Part shown: positions 18,484 to 28,802 of the stretch, in pieces
Layout: every line of letters starts with the position of its first letter
How positions within the stretch are numbered: position 1 is the first letter of the stretch
Source: a virus
Taxonomy: Duplodnaviria; Caudoviricetes
Direction: 5' to 3' (one strand)
DNA: 60,706 nt
Virus record (IMG/VR): IMGVR_UViG_3300031451_000004
Span: 1 to 60,706 of that record
Notes under the pieces: generated by a model
The model's database searches: none
Seen by the model: the letters and a program-made list of their open reading frames with translations, nothing else
What the model was told of the DNA's origin: nothing
Made by a program: the position numbers and the translations under genes

Positions 18484-20907
18484 CTATGGCACGGGAGTCA
18501 CCACACCGGCATTCACCCGCAAGCTATCCGCATTGGCAATGTTCCCATGCCATGCAGAGATTTCCTGCACCACAATTGTCCAACCATCGGTGATCCCGTC
18601 ATTCTCGGGCACGTTAACGGGATTGGGAGAGAAACTCGGAATTGCCTGGTTACCGATCAGCAGATGCAGAGGCATCTTCCGCGTCACGCCATCAAGATCG
18701 ACGTAGTCGTCTGCCAGCGAAAAGTCTATCCAGTGCTGAAGGACCACCTTCCCATCAATGATGACGTTCATATAATTGTTGTTAAACCAGTCTAACACCA
18801 AATCATGGAAGTCCGTGGCGAAATTTACCGGCTGATCGAGCACCGCGGCATCGCCAGGATAGAAGGTATAGCCGCCTCCATTAGCATAATAGGTATTTTG
18901 CGGCGGCTTGGTCCAAGCATTGCCGTAAATGTTGGGCGTGCCAAAGTCTACCTGACAACCACGCGTGACGTTGTGATCATCTCGAATGTAGTTGTCGTTA
19001 ATGTCGATTTCATAAAGATGATTGTTACTCGGTTGCTTGTAAAGACTCTGTTGGGTGCCATAGCCCTGATAGGGATTACCGCCTGGTCCAGGCGTATACT
19101 GAAGCCCAGAGAAAAGCCAAATTGGGCACCAAGAATGCGCCCCTGCAGGACCCTTATAGCGGACCTTGATCACCATCCCCGGGCGGAACTGGGCGTTCGC
19201 ACGCAACAGACCGGCAAACACACGGCCAGGACCGGTATCTGTGCCATTCTGGCTGGCCCGCGCAAGCAAGGCTACGCCATCTGCTCGCATCATATGCACC
19301 CGGTTCGGGTCATCAGCCGCATATGTCCGGGCCACAGCCGCAAACGTGTTGTTGTTTCCCTGCCCGGTGTCCATCGGCGAGCCGAGCGCACTGGACAGAT
19401 CACCTTCCATATAGGTCGTAAAGAAGTTGTCCAAAATGCCTTGATCAGTCGTAATGTTCGCGTCAGCAGTCGCGGTCCCAAACACCATCGAAAAGTAAGG
19501 CGTTGCACCAGCACCTAGCGTCAAACCATGGCCAGGATCTGCGCCAGCTCGCGTCAGCAGCGGTCCAGTCTTAGGAAAGTTCACGCTCTGCAAGAAAGTC
19601 GCCCGCAAATCTCTCGCAACAGGCTGAGTTGCCGTCGTCGAGCCAACAGTGATTGCCGGCAACGTTCCAAGCCCACACAACGTCGCCACTTGCTGACATT
19701 GAGTCGTGAGGTCTGCATTAGAGGGCAAACCGTTGATAAGCTCTATATAGGTGCAATCGCCATTAAATTGGTTAAGCAACCGTCCGTTTCCACCGGTCGG
19801 AATGCCGCCAATGATCCCGGCAGGAGTGACAAGCGTATTGACGTTGTTGCGGTAAATTGCGCCCTTTGATCCATCGCAAGTAATCAGGACAACCTGCCAC
19901 TGGTTCAAAGCAGTCGCCGACCCCGAGGTCTCGTTCCCAAGTGCGCTGCCCGAGTTTTGCTCCCAACGCATTGCACCGTCAGTTGCACCACCCACTCCAA
20001 TCACATTAACGGAAATACCTCCGCCCGTGTATGCAATGAGCCCAAGGTTTCCCGGCGCAGTCTGCCGGACCACCGCGATCATCGCCCATGGATTGTTCGG
20101 CGGTCCGAACATCAAATTGCTCGAAGCATCAGGAATGTGAATCGAGTCATAACCGCTGTTTACGCAGCTCGCATCACAGTGGACATACGGTCGTCCGCCA
20201 GGTCCGCCGCTCGCATGATACTGGACTTTGCCAAAACCATTTTGAAACAATTGACCCGACACCGCGTCCTCAATGCTGTCCACATCCAACCCAACGCCGG
20301 TGTAATGGATGCCAGAGGTCCCAACCACTAGCGGGGCGCTACTAACCGGAGCCGCAAAGTCCAAAATGTGCAACACGTTTGGCAAAGCACTCGTCGGCTT
20401 TACATAATTGCTTGCAGGCGGCGGTATGGTCGCCGGAGGCGGTGTAGTGCTGGGGAGTGGTGTAGTAGTGCTCGGCGGCGCGGTAGTGCTAGGAGGCGGT
20501 GTAGTGGTGCTGGGTGGCGAGGTAGTGGTGCTAGAGGGCGGCGCGGTGCCGCTGGAAGGCGTTGTTGGAGTTGTCACGGGCGGGGGAGTATTGGCTCTTA
20601 CCGAAACGCCAAGCGCCAGAATGCTAGCCAAGTCCGTCTTTTTGAGCGTCCCATCTTGCGAAACCGCAAATAGATCGGGGCTATTCAAAGAAGGAGCAAA
20701 CGTGATTGCAGACACGGGAACGTCGGTCGAGCCGCTACCAGATGCAGCGTTGGCCTTCGCCTTGGCAATCGCGTCTGTTGCCACAGCACCAAAAATCCGC
20801 TTTGTCGGATCAACTGGGTCTGGATAAGAGATTAAAACGACCCCTCCCGCCGGAAAATCGTTAAGGGGCGTAATGCTGCGAAGCGGAACAGGAGCTGGAC
20901 CAGCCAT
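18484..20907 (-). CDS. Multi-domain fibre: LamG-like domain plus divergent GH16-like domain
   Basis: WQVVLITCDG...IYRNN LamG-like; SWCPIWLF...YEIDINDNY...FHDLVLDW GH16-like; PPSTTT linker. Confidence 0.7.
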   Translation of the reverse strand: MAGPAPVPLRSITPLNDFPAGGVVLISYPDPVDPTKRIFGAVATDAIAKAKANAASGSGSTDVPVSAITFAPSLNSPDLFAVSQDGTLKKTDLASILALGVSVRANTPPPVTTPTTPSSGTAPPSSTTTSPPSTTTPPPSTTAPPSTTTPLPSTTPPPATIPPPASNYVKPTSALPNVLHILDFAAPVSSAPLVVGTSGIHYTGVGLDVDSIEDAVSGQLFQNGFGKVQYHASGGPGGRPYVHCDASCVNSGYDSIHIPDASSNLMFGPPNNPWAMIAVVRQTAPGNLGLIAYTGGGISVNVIGVGGATDGAMRWEQNSGSALGNETSGSATALNQWQVVLITCDGSKGAIYRNNVNTLVTPAGIIGGIPTGGNGRLLNQFNGDCTYIELINGLPSNADLTTQCQQVATLCGLGTLPAITVGSTTATQPVARDLRATFLQSVNFPKTGPLLTRAGADPGHGLTLGAGATPYFSMVFGTATADANITTDQGILDNFFTTYMEGDLSSALGSPMDTGQGNNNTFAAVARTYAADDPNRVHMMRADGVALLARASQNGTDTGPGRVFAGLLRANAQFRPGMVIKVRYKGPAGAHSWCPIWLFSGLQYTPGPGGNPYQGYGTQQSLYKQPSNNHLYEIDINDNYIRDDHNVTRGCQVDFGTPNIYGNAWTKPPQNTYYANGGGYTFYPGDAAVLDQPVNFATDFHDLVLDWFNNNYMNVIIDGKVVLQHWIDFSLADDYVDLDGVTRKMPLHLLIGNQAIPSFSPNPVNVPENDGITDGWTIVVQEISAWHGNIANADSLRVNAGVVTPVP
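20420..20585 (-). repeat. Pro/Ser/Thr linker repeats (PPSTTT, ~21-bp period)
   Basis: Visible in both DNA and protein. Confidence 0.75.
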
Positions 20908-20909
20908 GG

Positions 20910-21692
20910 TTAAAGCCTCTCAGTGATAACGGCTTTCCAGCCGCGTGCCTCAATAACGCGATTAGGATACGTCACATCGCTTGACGTTTCAAACTCTCCC
21001 AAAATCGCTTGCTGATTTGCATCCGGCGAGTCTGGATCAGGCACAAAAAACACGTTGTTGCCACGCTTGGCCCATAAGTCCAGGTCCATGACGTTTGGCT
21101 GCACTTCGCTTGCGCGGATGCCGGATAGCGAAAGGGTAAAGGTCCGCTTAACCCAATCGGAACGAATAATGATGCCTCCAGCACGCGTAAGGGTCTTTGT
21201 GCTTTGCATTGTTCGCCCCGCACTCGAACCGGCGTCGAAATTACGAGCTGGTTGCCACAATGGACCAGCATAAGCCAGCGGAATGTTTAAAAAACCATCT
21301 GGGTTTGTCGGATCGAAAATGTCGACCTGTATAACTCTGCCAACCACGGCGGCTGGCAAAATTAAAATCGTTTGGCTGTAACCAGGCACAATGCCAGCCG
21401 GTATTGTTCCGCTATCATAAACTGGGCTCGACCCTGAAACATCTGCCAGCACCTGCCAACGCACGGCTGCTTTTGTCGTGAGATTAGTACGAAACAAACC
21501 AAATCCACGCCAAAGCATTGCCTCTGGCACCGTCAAACGGATCGAACCAGAGGTATAAGGCGATTGCCAGGCCTGCTCAGGACTACCCTGGTCGTTGGCA
21601 AGCTTCGATCCGTCTAGCGCCGCCTCGGACGCGCTGGTCGAGATTACGCCATACACAAAACGATTTGGCCAACCGAGCACAAAGTTAGCCAT
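20910..21692 (-). CDS. Tail tip (distal-tail-like) protein
   Basis: FRTNLT...DPTNPDGFLNI pattern seen in GTA-like alphaproteobacterial tails; position. Confidence 0.6.
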   Translation of the reverse strand: MANFVLGWPNRFVYGVISTSASEAALDGSKLANDQGSPEQAWQSPYTSGSIRLTVPEAMLWRGFGLFRTNLTTKAAVRWQVLADVSGSSPVYDSGTIPAGIVPGYSQTILILPAAVVGRVIQVDIFDPTNPDGFLNIPLAYAGPLWQPARNFDAGSSAGRTMQSTKTLTRAGGIIIRSDWVKRTFTLSLSGIRASEVQPNVMDLDLWAKRGNNVFFVPDPDSPDANQQAILGEFETSSDVTYPNRVIEARGWKAVITERL

Positions 21693-21701
21693 AATGTAAC
21701 T

Positions 21702-22181
21702 TTAGGCCTGAGACATGTTGTAATATCCGGTCAACGTAATGTTCGCCGAATCGGTCATATCGGTATTGCCCACATACCGAGATACTGTTTCAGCATGTTG
21801 GCTTTTCAGCAAAAAGATTGTTGCAGATGAATTCTGCAAATAAGCTGTTAAAGGCACGCGGTTTAAAAACCCCGACACGCCAGGGACACCGATCATCTGA
21901 TTTGGCCCAGCATTTGCTGCATTCAAACCAGTTCCGGCAAATTCAACACTCAAGCCACCGATGCTCGGGCCAATGGAGGTGAACACCAAACGCATTTGCA
22001 AAAATGCTACCGCGCCGAAGAGAACAACATAGTTGCCGGTAAAGCTTCCCGCTATACCAGCCGCGCTGCCGTTGATCTTTGGAATGACGTTAAGGGCACC
22101 GAGCGCTTGCTGTCCATTGATCGCAGCATTTAAACCAGAGGCCAAAAGCTTAGTATTCGGCTGAAAATTAGCCTTTGCCAT
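21702..22181 (-). CDS. Minor tail protein
   Basis: F-x-P-x3-L-x-A-x2-LN N-terminus with a beta-rich C-terminal domain. Confidence 0.5.
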   Translation of the reverse strand: MAKANFQPNTKLLASGLNAAINGQQALGALNVIPKINGSAAGIAGSFTGNYVVLFGAVAFLQMRLVFTSIGPSIGGLSVEFAGTGLNAANAGPNQMIGVPGVSGFLNRVPLTAYLQNSSATIFLLKSQHAETVSRYVGNTDMTDSANITLTGYYNMSQA

Positions 22182-22194
22182 TTTCTGTTTTCCT

Positions 22195-24531
22195 CTAGGG
22201 AACTATACTGTCTGTTGCTAATTCACCAACGTCTAGCAGAGACTGGTCAAGAATAAACGTCAAATCTACAGTGGCAGGCGGAGTGGTCGTGGCAGGCGGG
22301 ACAACGACGGGGTTGGACGGATTGCTTGTCGTTGGGTCGGGCGTAATACCAGGATCGGTCGGAGCAGTAGGCAAGGCCGTTCCATCATCGTTGGCCAACA
22401 AGGCGGCATTAAGCAAAGACTCATCCAAAACAAATACGGCATCTGCCGCAGCTCCAAAAGGCAAAGGAATGGAGGAAATGCTGCCAGTGCCTGGATCGAT
22501 AAACAAAATGGAGCCAAACCCATCAGGTGAACCGAATCCTGTTCCATCAACAAGGCTAATCGATCCGCCAATGTCAGCCGCATTTCGCGGATTGATCGGC
22601 GGAATGACGACTTCCAAGTCTGCCGGGAATACATCTACGTCCAGCAAAGACGCATCAAGAATGAAATCTTCGCCCTGGATTTCACCTAAGCTGCCAACAT
22701 CCAAATAACTGACATCCAGGGTAAATGATCCGTCGATAGGATCGCCAGTGAGCGACGCGGTATTAACCAACACCTCGAATGTCGAGAAGGTGTCAACTGA
22801 ACGAATTTGCTCACCAACAATCAAGGCGAGCACACCACCCTTGAGCAATCCCAAAGGCCAATCGATCCAAACAAACTTGCCGATGTCGAGCCCGGCAGCA
22901 AAACCGATAGGCACTGTGATCTGATAATAACCAGGTCGAGTGCGCCACTGATCGCCAAGAGAGTCAGCTAAGACCTGCGCGTCTTTAAGTCGAAGCAAAT
23001 AGGTGCTGATGGGCGGCGGATCATTCGGTTTGACCCAATTAGCTTTGATCTCTGGGCTATACCACTCTGCGTAGCGGAATTGGTTGGCGATAAATTGTTT
23101 CCGGCCATCTCCAATCGTTGGATTGAACCCCGTCGCTTGCACGGTGTAGTTGGTGATATAAGCCACCTGCCAGCGGTAGGGTGGCGGATCAAGCGTTGTT
23201 GGTAATGCAATCGGCGTCACCGATACGATGTTGCTCTTATCTAGGCGCACCGATGGACGGGCGCCTAGATCAGTGCGCGGCAAAACAAAGACACCGATAG
23301 AGCCGCCGCGTGAAGTCAACAGCCGCCCGCCAATCGAGGCTAGCAACTGCGCTATGATCTGCAGCCCGGTTGTGGACGCAGCGTTAGATGAGTCCAGAAA
23401 GAACCCTGCCACGTAGGGATACGCGATATCGGCATACATGAAGGATGCGATATTCAGTGTGGCGGCAGGGACCTGGATGTCATTCAGCAAAACGCTTTGC
23501 GCCAAGGCCGCCGCAGTCGGCAAGAATACGCCATTGCTAGCTCCGCACACGTCCCCCGTGATTACGCCAACCGAAGTCGACCCAAGCTGGATCAAGCCCT
23601 TTGCGTTGCAGGTGCGGTAATAGCCGGGCGGGGTGATACCAAGATACAGATTGCCTGTGTCACTATGCCGGTTGAAAACAGGCGCATTGTTTTCGTACAG
23701 AGCGACAACCGTTCCCAGGCCGTCTGTCCATTGCCAGATATTGTTGATCGTATCGACCAGCTTGAATGGCACGTTACGGATAGGATCAGCCGTCGTGCCG
23801 CCACGGGTCATCGGCTTGGGTTGGCCCGTCAGCTCCGGACCACCCTCGTCGGCCCCGGTGCCTTTATAAAAACGAGTTTGGATCGGCTTGTCAAGCAGAT
23901 AGGTCGCATCCTTTAACGGGACCTCGACGGCATCCTCGCTCAACAACCATGATTGAGCCGAGCCGGAAAACACCGGCTGCAAATCCTTATAAGACGGATC
24001 GACGTAAATCCCTCTTGTGGCATCATAAAGCTTTTGCCCGATCTTGATCTTCACCGGACGGCTATCGCTGTTGCGAGCCAGGGTGAAGACGTCATAGGTG
24101 CTATTCAGGTTAATAATTCTGATCGAACCATAGGACGCCGTGCCGTTGCCGTTCAGCTCGAGCGATACTCGACGATCAAGCTCAAAGGCCGTATCGAGCA
24201 AACTGGGATAGATGGTAACGCCGCCAACATCGGTCGGCCTGGTGCGGTATCCCAGATCAGAGACATGCAGAACGTCAGTGCTACCACCATCCGGCGCAAA
24301 CGTGCTGACCTCCGACGCAAAGAACGTGGTATTCCTGGCGTCATGGATTGCTGGCTCGTAAGCCGGGCCATCGGTGATTGGGCGCCCATAACTGTCAAGC
24401 AAGGTCGGGCCGTCTGGGCTCGGCTGATCCGTAAGCGCCCTGCCATGGTCGGTTGTGAGCGCCAGCCCGTTATCATCGATCAAAACTAGATCGTGGATCG
24501 ACTTTGCATAGATCGATACGGCTTCGCTCAT
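22195..24531 (-). CDS. Tail tip/hub protein with a repeat-rich acidic C-terminus
   Basis: YKGTGADEGGPELTGQPKP motif; four FxLDxSxL(D/N) repeats. Confidence 0.7.
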   Translation of the reverse strand: MSEAVSIYAKSIHDLVLIDDNGLALTTDHGRALTDQPSPDGPTLLDSYGRPITDGPAYEPAIHDARNTTFFASEVSTFAPDGGSTDVLHVSDLGYRTRPTDVGGVTIYPSLLDTAFELDRRVSLELNGNGTASYGSIRIINLNSTYDVFTLARNSDSRPVKIKIGQKLYDATRGIYVDPSYKDLQPVFSGSAQSWLLSEDAVEVPLKDATYLLDKPIQTRFYKGTGADEGGPELTGQPKPMTRGGTTADPIRNVPFKLVDTINNIWQWTDGLGTVVALYENNAPVFNRHSDTGNLYLGITPPGYYRTCNAKGLIQLGSTSVGVITGDVCGASNGVFLPTAAALAQSVLLNDIQVPAATLNIASFMYADIAYPYVAGFFLDSSNAASTTGLQIIAQLLASIGGRLLTSRGGSIGVFVLPRTDLGARPSVRLDKSNIVSVTPIALPTTLDPPPYRWQVAYITNYTVQATGFNPTIGDGRKQFIANQFRYAEWYSPEIKANWVKPNDPPPISTYLLRLKDAQVLADSLGDQWRTRPGYYQITVPIGFAAGLDIGKFVWIDWPLGLLKGGVLALIVGEQIRSVDTFSTFEVLVNTASLTGDPIDGSFTLDVSYLDVGSLGEIQGEDFILDASLLDVDVFPADLEVVIPPINPRNAADIGGSISLVDGTGFGSPDGFGSILFIDPGTGSISSIPLPFGAAADAVFVLDESLLNAALLANDDGTALPTAPTDPGITPDPTTSNPSNPVVVPPATTTPPATVDLTFILDQSLLDVGELATDSIVP

Positions 24532-24537
24532 TCTGAG

Positions 24538-24915
24538 CTAACCCAGAAACCGGTCAATGCGCATTGCGAGCCGTTTTAAGAGGGATCCAGGCCGTTCATC
24601 CCTTTGCCCTATGGCGTGCACCGGGACTGGAGCTAGAGCGGCCTGTACAGTTGTCTGGATGGGCCTAGCATCCGTCTTACGCGCCCATGCCTTGAAGCCA
24701 CCCGATGAAATGCCGCGGCTGGTTCCATTTGGCATACTGAACAAAACAACCCAAGGATTCCCGGAGTCGGAAATCGTGCGCGGCGTGATGTGCGGATTAG
24801 GCGAGACCCACAGCTGCCCTGGCATGGGATCAGGTATCGTCTCGGATGGCTCGAACGGCGGGAAAACGATAAAGCCATTTTCCTTTAGCAACGCTACGGC
24901 TTGCTCTATTGTCAT
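24538..24915 (-). CDS. Hypothetical protein
   Basis: Coupled to the RuvC-like gene. Confidence 0.6.
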   Translation of the reverse strand: MTIEQAVALLKENGFIVFPPFEPSETIPDPMPGQLWVSPNPHITPRTISDSGNPWVVLFSMPNGTSRGISSGGFKAWARKTDARPIQTTVQAALAPVPVHAIGQRDERPGSLLKRLAMRIDRFLG

Positions 24916-25394
24916 GCCGTCTTATCTTTACCACGGTTCTGGATTCCACAGTAGCCGATCAAGCATGCCTCGGCACGATCTGCATGTTTCACTAATGCAA
25001 ATCGTTTTGCATGAAAAGGCCACAAACGTTGAGCCATCATCCGAGATGCGCCCTTGTCGTTGGTCAATCCTAGCACTCGTTTCCAAGTGGCAGGCTCGAC
25101 AAAGCGAACTGAAAACTGACGAGCTGCGCAGATACCTTCAATCAATCCGGCCGAATAGCCAAAAGTGAAGGAGCTTGCACTGCCATTTCCGGGCATTGAA
25201 TGCACGCGCTCGACAATGACCAGCTTTGGCTGAACGGGAAACATCGCTGCAAGCAATGCAGCACTGACACGAGTCTTGGTGCCCACCTTGACGGTCGGCA
25301 TATCGTGGACTTCGATCAGTTCACCGGTATCATCGAACCAAGCCAGGGCTCCTGTCACGCCAGGGTCTATGCCAACGATCAAGTGATACGCCAA
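24912..25394 (-). CDS. RuvC-like Holliday junction resolvase
   Basis: IVGIDPGVTGA, VIVERV, PATWK, DRAEACLI. Confidence 0.88.
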   Translation of the reverse strand: MAYHLIVGIDPGVTGALAWFDDTGELIEVHDMPTVKVGTKTRVSAALLAAMFPVQPKLVIVERVHSMPGNGSASSFTFGYSAGLIEGICAARQFSVRFVEPATWKRVLGLTNDKGASRMMAQRLWPFHAKRFALVKHADRAEACLIGYCGIQNRGKDKTA

Positions 25395-25624
25395 ACGCGA
25401 ACGGCGCCCTCTTCATCTGTCCGCGTAATGAACGTCTGGTTGGGGTGTTTGCGCTTCCAAGTGTTAAGGCTAGACCGAGCACTCGTTTTCAACTCGGCCT
25501 TTATGCGCACGCTGGTGCCGGGGTTCATGTCATCCCAGCGATAGACCGGTTTACGTCCCAAATTCGGGGATGGGCATTCAATGCCACTCTCAATCTGAAA
25601 CAACACGCACCCCTGCAAAGCCAA
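25379..25624 (-). CDS. Small putative DNA-binding protein (start uncertain)
   Basis: GRKPVYRWDDMNPGTS...VRVWRI; paralog of 25696-25971. Confidence 0.55.
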   Translation of the reverse strand: MALQGCVLFQIESGIECPSPNLGRKPVYRWDDMNPGTSVRIKAELKTSARSSLNTWKRKHPNQTFITRTDEEGAVRVWRIT

Positions 25625-25695
25625 GATTACATCATGATAATCTTAACCGATGAATGCGACGTATACAACACAAATTAACAAACTATTAATGAAAC

Positions 25696-25971
25696 TCACT
25701 TTATGCGCCATACCATGACCCATCCATTATTTTGGCGCTGCGAAGGCCAAGCTTGGCTAGGATGCCGCCGCTTCCATTGCGTGAGGCTGGCCCGCCACGC
25801 TTCAGAACCCGGCTCGAACAAAACTGAGTCGCCGGGCTGCATCTGTCGCCACGGGTATTTCCAGGGCCTGCCAACAGAGCGCTTGCCATCTTTCTGGGCG
25901 TCTTTGGGATAAGGAATGTTCTTCAGGATCTTGTAAACCACGGTCAATCTCATCCGAATAAGTTCAGCCAT
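25696..25971 (-). CDS. Small putative DNA-binding protein
   Basis: GRPWKYPWRQMQPGDS...VMVWRI. Confidence 0.6.
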   Translation of the reverse strand: MAELIRMRLTVVYKILKNIPYPKDAQKDGKRSVGRPWKYPWRQMQPGDSVLFEPGSEAWRASLTQWKRRHPSQAWPSQRQNNGWVMVWRIK

Positions 25972-26158
25972 TTATTAATACATTAATTTATGGCGGAATA
26001 AAGACCTGACCGAAATTTCCGTGATTGCGCATCCGTGATGTTTTTAGGGAACAGATCGTTGGTGGTCCCTTTTATGACTTGTGCCTGGATTTGGTTTGTG
26101 GGGTACGGGTGATCTGGTTGGCATAGGTCGCGTTTTCGTGATATTTGCCGGACTAGTG

Positions 26159-26462
26159 TCTCATTTTTTCAAAAACTCATTCACACAACTTATGTGAATG
26201 AAATGTGATTGAAACTTGAAACGACTTTGCTGTAAGTAACTAATATATATATATAATATTATATAGATATTTCATTCACTCATTCACATGGCGCTACCCA
26301 CGTACCCCCCAAGCTGCCCCCTGTTCATGGCGCTACGTGCGGGTCGTGTGAATGAGTTTTTGAAAAATTGAGACGCGTTTTAATAAACCAAATCAATCAC
26401 TTAGCTGGTAATTTCATTCACATAAAGTCGTGTGAATGAAATGTGATTGTGTGAATGAAATG
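26159..26462. promoter_or_regulatory. Putative replication origin
   Basis: Eight CATTCAC/GTGAATG boxes, a near-pure A/T tract (26241-26270), a ~28-bp imperfect inverted repeat and an IHF-like site (26391-26403), directly downstream of the primase-helicase gene. Confidence 0.7.
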
Positions 26463-26474
26463 CGCTTTTTGGCC

Positions 26475-28691
26475 CTAATCCGTGTCTTTATCAGGCATGG
26501 CATAGCGGATCGTGGCTCGTCCAGACCCTTCTGGCTGGCATTGGATGGCTAGCAGCTTCCCTGAGCCGACAAGCGTAGTCAGCAGGTCGGCGCGCTCCCG
26601 TGCAGAAATCTTGAGACCCTTTCGGGCGATCTCATAATCGCTCAGAGGCTTGCCTTCGCGCCGGACGATATCGAGGCACTTGTTCCAATGCCGTCCGTAG
26701 TCATTATCCGCAATGTTGCGTTCCGCCTCGCGTAGAAGGGTGTCGCCGCAGTGCTTGGCGAAGAACCGGCCCCACTCGACATCTTGAGCCTCGATCACCG
26801 GCTGGGCTGGATTGCGGCTAATAGCTCGGATCAGAGCGAGCTTGATGGCGCTTTCCGCCCAACGAGCCAAGATAGCTCGCTCTTCGCTTTTCTGGCTTCT
26901 GCGTAGCGCCGCCGTTTGATCGATCATCAACTGCATGATGGCCAGGTCAGCGGCAGTGGTATTTGGAACAAGGTATGGTTGCGGTTCTACGGTTGCCTGC
27001 ATGACGGGGGCTAGGTTGCCCGCTTCCGGATCGTCCGCGCCTTTGGCAATGGCTTGCAGGCCTTCTATGATGGCGTCTGGAATTGGCATCTGTGCTGGGA
27101 TTTGGTTGTCAGGGTAGCTATCAGGTGAAACGCAGATCAGGAACCGAGCCAGGAACCCATCATTTAGCGACGCGCCAGCTAATGCTGACCAGAACTGACC
27201 TGGCGTTGTGGTGCCATACAGGCACACGTGCGGCTGTATGATGTCTTGCCGTGGCTTGCCTTCTTTGGTCTGATCGGCATATTCCGTTCCGATCATCGTG
27301 GCGTTGGCGCTGCTAAAGATCGTCTTTAGCCGTTCGGCTATTTGCCGTTTGTGCTGACTGGCGTTCTTGCCCGCTATCCCCTCGACCCAATTTCCATATT
27401 CATCTATTTGAAACAACCGACATGGAAAAAGATGCAGGGCGGTCAGGATTGCCGCGCCGCTCGCGATATCTTCACCGCCTAGATAGTCGCCAAGGCCAGC
27501 CGCCATGAATGCCGCTTTGATTCGACTCCGCGCATGGTCCTTGCCGCCGCCGCTGTCCGCGATGCCAACGACATAAAGATTGCTTCGCAAATTGGTCGAG
27601 GTGCGATATCGCCGCCCGGCAACTGCACCGACTGCTGCAAGGCTCGCCGCCAAGGCTAGGAGCGGTTGTGGACGAATTGAGGTTGCGTCGATCCAGGCCA
27701 TAAGTCTGCCTAGCAGGCCGTCGAGGTCTAAAAGATCATTGGGTAAGAGTGATGGAATGACAGGCTTCGTCGTAGCTTTGCTTGAGACTGATGGCGCGAA
27801 CTCAAACGCGCTCGACTCTGCTAACGCTGTGAGTTGCGCCGCATCCCCGCTCATGTTGAGCCAGTCAACCACATCGCCCTTGAGCGGCAATTCTGGCAGC
27901 TCAAGAATGCGCACCCGTCTTGCAACGCCCTGGAGGCTCTTGGCCACATCCATGGCGTGGTCCTGCCCTGGCAACACTGGACTGCCATCAGGGTGCCATA
28001 GAAGGCTGCCATCGGCACGGGTCTTTTGCGGATCGTTATCCGGCAGTATGACGATATCCGCACCCGCTAGCGATGGTGCGTATTCCGGTTTCCAGGCGCC
28101 AGCCCCGCGCGGGCTGCAGGTTGCCGTCAATCCTAACAAGGCAAGTCGATCGGCGGACTTCTCGCCCTCGACCACATAGACCGTCCGCTCATTTGCGACT
28201 GCCGCTAGGACTTCCGGCAATCGATAGAGCACCATCTGAATGTCAGATGTTTTCCATATCCATCCGCCACGTCCGTCTGGACGCCGCTGCATGAAATGTT
28301 TGGGTTCATATCGTACAACCTGAAAAACAAGCTCGCCGTTCGCGTCGAAGTAGTCATACGTAGCCACCTCTCGGCGCGGCTGCGTTTGTGATGGCGGCTC
28401 TGGTTTATCGAGGAAGTCACGCGCTTCAAGCCAGGCCATTGCGTCGGCAACCTCAAGTCCTAGCTGGCTGTGCAGGAAATCGAGAACTCCGCCGCCGCGT
28501 TCAATTTCAAAATCGAAGTATGTTCCTTTGTCGAGGTTCACGGACAGGCTTCCGCGGGTCCTGAACCGCAATTCGTGCCGGGTTTCTTTTGTCGGTTTGC
28601 CCAACACCTCGCGAGCAACGGGTCCCATGACTTTTGTAAATACGTTAGCATTGCCACTGCTGTTCGCAGTGAACATATTGATGACAGCCAT
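26475..28691 (-). CDS. TOPRIM primase fused to a DUF3987-like helicase
   Basis: VVEGEKSAD and ILPDND TOPRIM motifs; ADSGGGKD Walker A; QIDEYG; GFLARF. Confidence 0.88.
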   Translation of the reverse strand: MAVINMFTANSSGNANVFTKVMGPVAREVLGKPTKETRHELRFRTRGSLSVNLDKGTYFDFEIERGGGVLDFLHSQLGLEVADAMAWLEARDFLDKPEPPSQTQPRREVATYDYFDANGELVFQVVRYEPKHFMQRRPDGRGGWIWKTSDIQMVLYRLPEVLAAVANERTVYVVEGEKSADRLALLGLTATCSPRGAGAWKPEYAPSLAGADIVILPDNDPQKTRADGSLLWHPDGSPVLPGQDHAMDVAKSLQGVARRVRILELPELPLKGDVVDWLNMSGDAAQLTALAESSAFEFAPSVSSKATTKPVIPSLLPNDLLDLDGLLGRLMAWIDATSIRPQPLLALAASLAAVGAVAGRRYRTSTNLRSNLYVVGIADSGGGKDHARSRIKAAFMAAGLGDYLGGEDIASGAAILTALHLFPCRLFQIDEYGNWVEGIAGKNASQHKRQIAERLKTIFSSANATMIGTEYADQTKEGKPRQDIIQPHVCLYGTTTPGQFWSALAGASLNDGFLARFLICVSPDSYPDNQIPAQMPIPDAIIEGLQAIAKGADDPEAGNLAPVMQATVEPQPYLVPNTTAADLAIMQLMIDQTAALRRSQKSEERAILARWAESAIKLALIRAISRNPAQPVIEAQDVEWGRFFAKHCGDTLLREAERNIADNDYGRHWNKCLDIVRREGKPLSDYEIARKGLKISARERADLLTTLVGSGKLLAIQCQPEGSGRATIRYAMPDKDTD

Positions 28692-28802
28692 ATCAACCTG
28701 ATTCCTTTGGTCGGCAGGTTAGAAGGTTAGACGCCGCGCGATGGGGGAAACACCGCGCGGCGTTGGCACCCTTACGAATTTATTGCGCCGGCGCAAGCGG
28801 TA

